DNA of 62,077 bases from a virus, in the IMG/VR virus record IMGVR_UViG_3300036861_000916, positions 1 through 62,077 of that record, one strand, 5' to 3'. Position 1 is the stretch's first letter; every line of letters begins with the position of its first letter. Below are positions 59,505-62,077 of the stretch, one piece after another. Under the pieces are notes generated by a model, which was not told the origin of the DNA, made no database searches, and saw only the letters and a list, made by a program, of their open reading frames with translations. The position numbers and the translations under genes are program-made.

Positions 59505-60119
59505 ATGAGCTTCTTTCCCTACAATTCCCGCCTGGGCCAGCAGATGCAGGGTGACCCGGGTGCGCGCAACATCCTCCGCTCCGCCATCGCACACCTGCAC
59601 CTGACCACAGCCCAGGCGGCTACGGCGGACACGGACGCCGTTCACGCGGCGGTGACCGACACCGGCGTGCAGCAGGTCATCACGACCGGCATCACGAACC
59701 CGCCGTTCCCGCGCAACATCACCGCCACCGCCGGCGGCACCGCGGGCGACATCAAGGCGATCACGGTGACGATCGCGGGGACCAACGAGGCGGGCGCGGC
59801 CATCACTGAGGTGCTGCCGGCATTCACGGTCAATACCGCAGGCACGGTCGCCGGGACCAAAGCGTTCAAAACGGTCACGAGTATCACCATCCCGGCACAT
59901 GATGGCCTGGGCGCGACGACCGAGATCGGCTTCGGCGACCTCATCGGCCTGCCGCACATGCTCACCGGGAACACGGTGCTGTTCGCGGCGCTGGACGGCG
60001 TGAGAGAGGGCACGGCGCCGACAGTCGTCGCGGACGCCGACGAGATCGAGAAGAACACGTGTGACCTGAACAGCGCGCTGAACGGCACGGTCGTGGACGT
60101 TTGGTACGTCGTTCCCTAG
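59505..60119 (+). CDS. hypothetical virion protein
   Basis: 204-aa ORF, GGGAGGAAC upstream. Confidence 0.5.
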   Translation: MSFFPYNSRLGQQMQGDPGARNILRSAIAHLHLTTAQAATADTDAVHAAVTDTGVQQVITTGITNPPFPRNITATAGGTAGDIKAITVTIAGTNEAGAAITEVLPAFTVNTAGTVAGTKAFKTVTSITIPAHDGLGATTEIGFGDLIGLPHMLTGNTVLFAALDGVREGTAPTVVADADEIEKNTCDLNSALNGTVVDVWYVVP

Positions 60120-60198
60120 TCAGCGCTAACGCCGTGCGGGTGCCGGGCTTCTCTTCCTTCACCGGCATCCGCACCCCACCTGGGCGGAGAGGCAGCGG

Positions 60199-60825
60199 AT
60201 GGCGACCCAGACGAAGATTTTCGACGGGACAACCCGGCCAATCGTCGAGACGGATGACGCTATTCCTGGTGGCCACCGTCCGGAGGTTGTGAGTTCTGGC
60301 GGCGGTGGCGGTGGAGGCGGTCCGGTCACGATTGCCGACGGCGCCGACGTCACGCAGGGCGCGAAAGCTGATGCCGCCGCTACCTCGGATACCGGAACCT
60401 TCTCAATCGTTGCCCTCTTCAAACGGCTGCTCGGGAAGTTCACGACGCAGTTCCCGGCCGCACTGACGGGGAGTGGCAACTTCAAGGTAGCCATCGAGGA
60501 GTCAGCAGCGACGTTGTCGGTGGGGCTCACCGCCCTCACCTACACGGCGGCCAGCACTCTCTCCATCACCAGCGGGGGCACCTCGCAGGAGGTCTTCGCG
60601 GCCAATGCCAGCCGCAAGGCGCTCCTGATCATCAACATCTCCAGCGAGGTGCTGTGGGTCGCCTTTGGGGGCGCAGCCACCGCCGACACCCCCTCCATCC
60701 CCCTGCAGCCCAACAATGCGGGCATCCTGGACTTCCCGAACCCGGGCGGGGGCATCGTAACGCAGCAGGTGCAGATCATTGGCGCGACGACGGGCAGTAA
60801 ATTCGTCGCCTTACAATCGTCCTAG
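60199..60825 (+). CDS. hypothetical virion protein with poly-Gly linker
   Basis: 208-aa ORF. Confidence 0.5.
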   Translation: MATQTKIFDGTTRPIVETDDAIPGGHRPEVVSSGGGGGGGGPVTIADGADVTQGAKADAAATSDTGTFSIVALFKRLLGKFTTQFPAALTGSGNFKVAIEESAATLSVGLTALTYTAASTLSITSGGTSQEVFAANASRKALLIINISSEVLWVAFGGAATADTPSIPLQPNNAGILDFPNPGGGIVTQQVQIIGATTGSKFVALQSS

Positions 60826-60833
60826 GAGGCTCT

Positions 60834-61124
60834 GTGGTCAAGAACGAGTTGCGGTTGATGAGTTCGCCGACCGAGGTCCCATCACTGGATCGGGAAGCAC
60901 TGAAGTATCTCAAAGACGAGCAGCTCCAGAGCGCTTGGGCGAACTTCCTCGCGCAGATCGCAGCGGGCGTTCTCCAGGCTCACATCAACGCGACGATGAA
61001 CCCGGGAGACAGAGAGCTGCGCGAGACATACGAGCGGTTCTACTGGCAGAACCAGCGGGCTATCGCGGAGTTCGAGGCTCGCTGGAAGCAGGAACGGTCG
61101 GCCACATGCGATGCTACGGAATGA
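60834..61124 (+). CDS. hypothetical protein
   Basis: 96-aa ORF, AGGAGG upstream of GTG. Confidence 0.45.
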   Translation: MVKNELRLMSSPTEVPSLDREALKYLKDEQLQSAWANFLAQIAAGVLQAHINATMNPGDRELRETYERFYWQNQRAIAEFEARWKQERSATCDATE

Positions 61125-62077
61125 CGTCACCGCCCTCAACCAGCTAATCCAGACTGCCGGGGAGCACATCCTCCCGCAGGCGCCCACGGCCTCGGCGACG
61201 AAGGCCCTGCTGCGGATGGGCAATGCCCTCGTCGGTGGTGACGCCGATGGCTGCTACCTTGGGCTCAACGCGCCCAGTGGCTGGGTCGGCGACTACCTGC
61301 GCATTCAGCTCAACGCCGTTGATGTGCTCCGGCTCGACAGCCTCGGGAACCTCGGCGTTGGGGTCTCCGCCCTCTCGGGCTTCCGCATCCACGCCGAGGC
61401 CGACGGCAACTTCGACAACATGGTCCGTGTTAACAACGTTAACACGGGCAATGGTGCCGCCGCCGGCTCCTCGGTGCAGGTGCGCTGCGGGGGCACTGAC
61501 ACGGCCAGTGGTCGCCTAGCCGCGTGGGGGGGGAGTCACGCCTCAACCCTGCGGGCCAACCGGGTCAGCGTCGTTGCCAACTCGGACGCCACCGGTATCA
61601 CCCTGGAAGCCGACAACGCCTCGCAGGACATCCGATTCGCCGTCGCCACCCTTGGCGAACAGATGCGCCTCTCCAGTTCTGCAGAACTGTTGCTTGGCAC
61701 AACGTCCTCACTGGCGCGGCTCGCAGTCGTGGGCCGGGCGGATCAGATTCAGTGTGTGGTGAGAGGTTTCAGCACCCAGACGACACACCTCCAGGACTGG
61801 CAGACGAGTGGCGGGGCCGTTCTCGCGTACGTTCAGGGAGATGGCCCATGCTATTTCCCCCAGGCTGGCATTGGCGTTTTCGCTGCACAGGCCGGCGTTG
61901 GACTCTTCGTCACGGGCGGCGACACAGCGGCAGTGACCCAGGTTTTGCGTCAGTTGACGTCCCAGACGGGTCACCTGCTGGAGGCTCGTGACGACAGCAA
62001 CGGGAGCCTCTTCACCTTCACGAACATCGGTGATCTGACGTTTAACCGCCGCTCCTCGACGACAGGTGGGCGCCAGG
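61111..62077 (+). CDS. fibre-like structural protein, 5' part (continues through the junction to 408)
   Basis: ATG 61111 overlaps the previous gene by 14 nt; frame 1 read codon-by-codon has no stop up to the window end, so it is absent from the ORF track. Confidence 0.65.
   Translation, partial: MLRNDVTALNQLIQTAGEHILPQAPTASATKALLRMGNALVGGDADGCYLGLNAPSGWVGDYLRIQLNAVDVLRLDSLGNLGVGVSALSGFRIHAEADGNFDNMVRVNNVNTGNGAAAGSSVQVRCGGTDTASGRLAAWGGSHASTLRANRVSVVANSDATGITLEADNASQDIRFAVATLGEQMRLSSSAELLLGTTSSLARLAVVGRADQIQCVVRGFSTQTTHLQDWQTSGGAVLAYVQGDGPCYFPQAGIGVFAAQAGVGLFVTGGDTAAVTQVLRQLTSQTGHLLEARDDSNGSLFTFTNIGDLTFNRRSSTTGGRQ
61966..62077. repeat. terminal overlap, copy 2
   Basis: identical to 1..112. 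Confidence 0.95.

Noticed and set aside
1-62077. Diversity-generating retroelement (because of repeated fibre domains) or a retron (because of structured ncRNA with flanking repeats)
   Set aside because: No reverse-transcriptase ORF (no YxDD-type motif seen) exists anywhere. The repeats in the fibre genes are in-frame domain duplications, not TR/VR pairs with A-specific differences.

Overview
All calls below were made by eye from sequence motifs; no database searches were run. The window is a complete, circularly closed genome of a high-GC temperate tailed phage or excised prophage. The first 112 nt equal the last 112 nt, leaving a 61,965-bp unique circle, and one ORF reads in frame through the junction.

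Recognisable modules:
- small and large terminase (42.5-44.2 kb)
- SPP1-type portal (46.7-48.2 kb)
- Mu-F/SPP1-gp7-like head morphogenesis protein (56.1-57.2 kb)
- scaffold plus HK97-fold capsid (57.9-59.5 kb)
- fibre-like proteins spanning the junction
- head-tail adaptor, HK97-gp10-like, DUF3168-like, major tail, chaperone and tape measure (4.2-11.3 kb)
- an RcGTA g12-g15-like distal-tail block (11.4-18.8 kb)
- holin-like protein plus amidase endolysin (40.5-42.5 kb)
- tyrosine integrase and excisionase-like HTH (33.7-37.4 kb)
- a sigma-70-family sigma factor, a DNA methyltransferase and a GGDEF cyclase
- several minus-strand islands of secreted moron proteins, one with a PEP-CTERM tail

I saw no cas genes, no reverse transcriptase and no recognisable replication genes.

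Most unusual observations:
1. A virus-borne mini-CRISPR array (two type I-E-like 29-nt repeats, one 32-nt spacer) lies antisense between head-tail genes. Its spacer matches the phage's own gp10-like gene 29/32 with a seed mismatch.
2. Four long arrays have strict 5-nt periodicity (three fixed plus two free bases). GCCNN x23 and x37 bracket one gene. An NNTCG super-array of about 580 nt with palindromic punctuation abuts a paralogous gene, and an orphan NNTCG x18 module sits in the tail operon.
3. A consensus promoter-to-terminator noncoding unit contains three tRNA-like modules, two of them structurally aberrant.
4. A 9-bp palindrome AGTT(C/G)AACT recurs in intergenic DNA as pairs spaced exactly 31 bp.

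Coordinates of starts chosen inside track ORFs were checked for frame and for NTGA-type coupling. Functional family names are from remembered motifs and need HMM confirmation.
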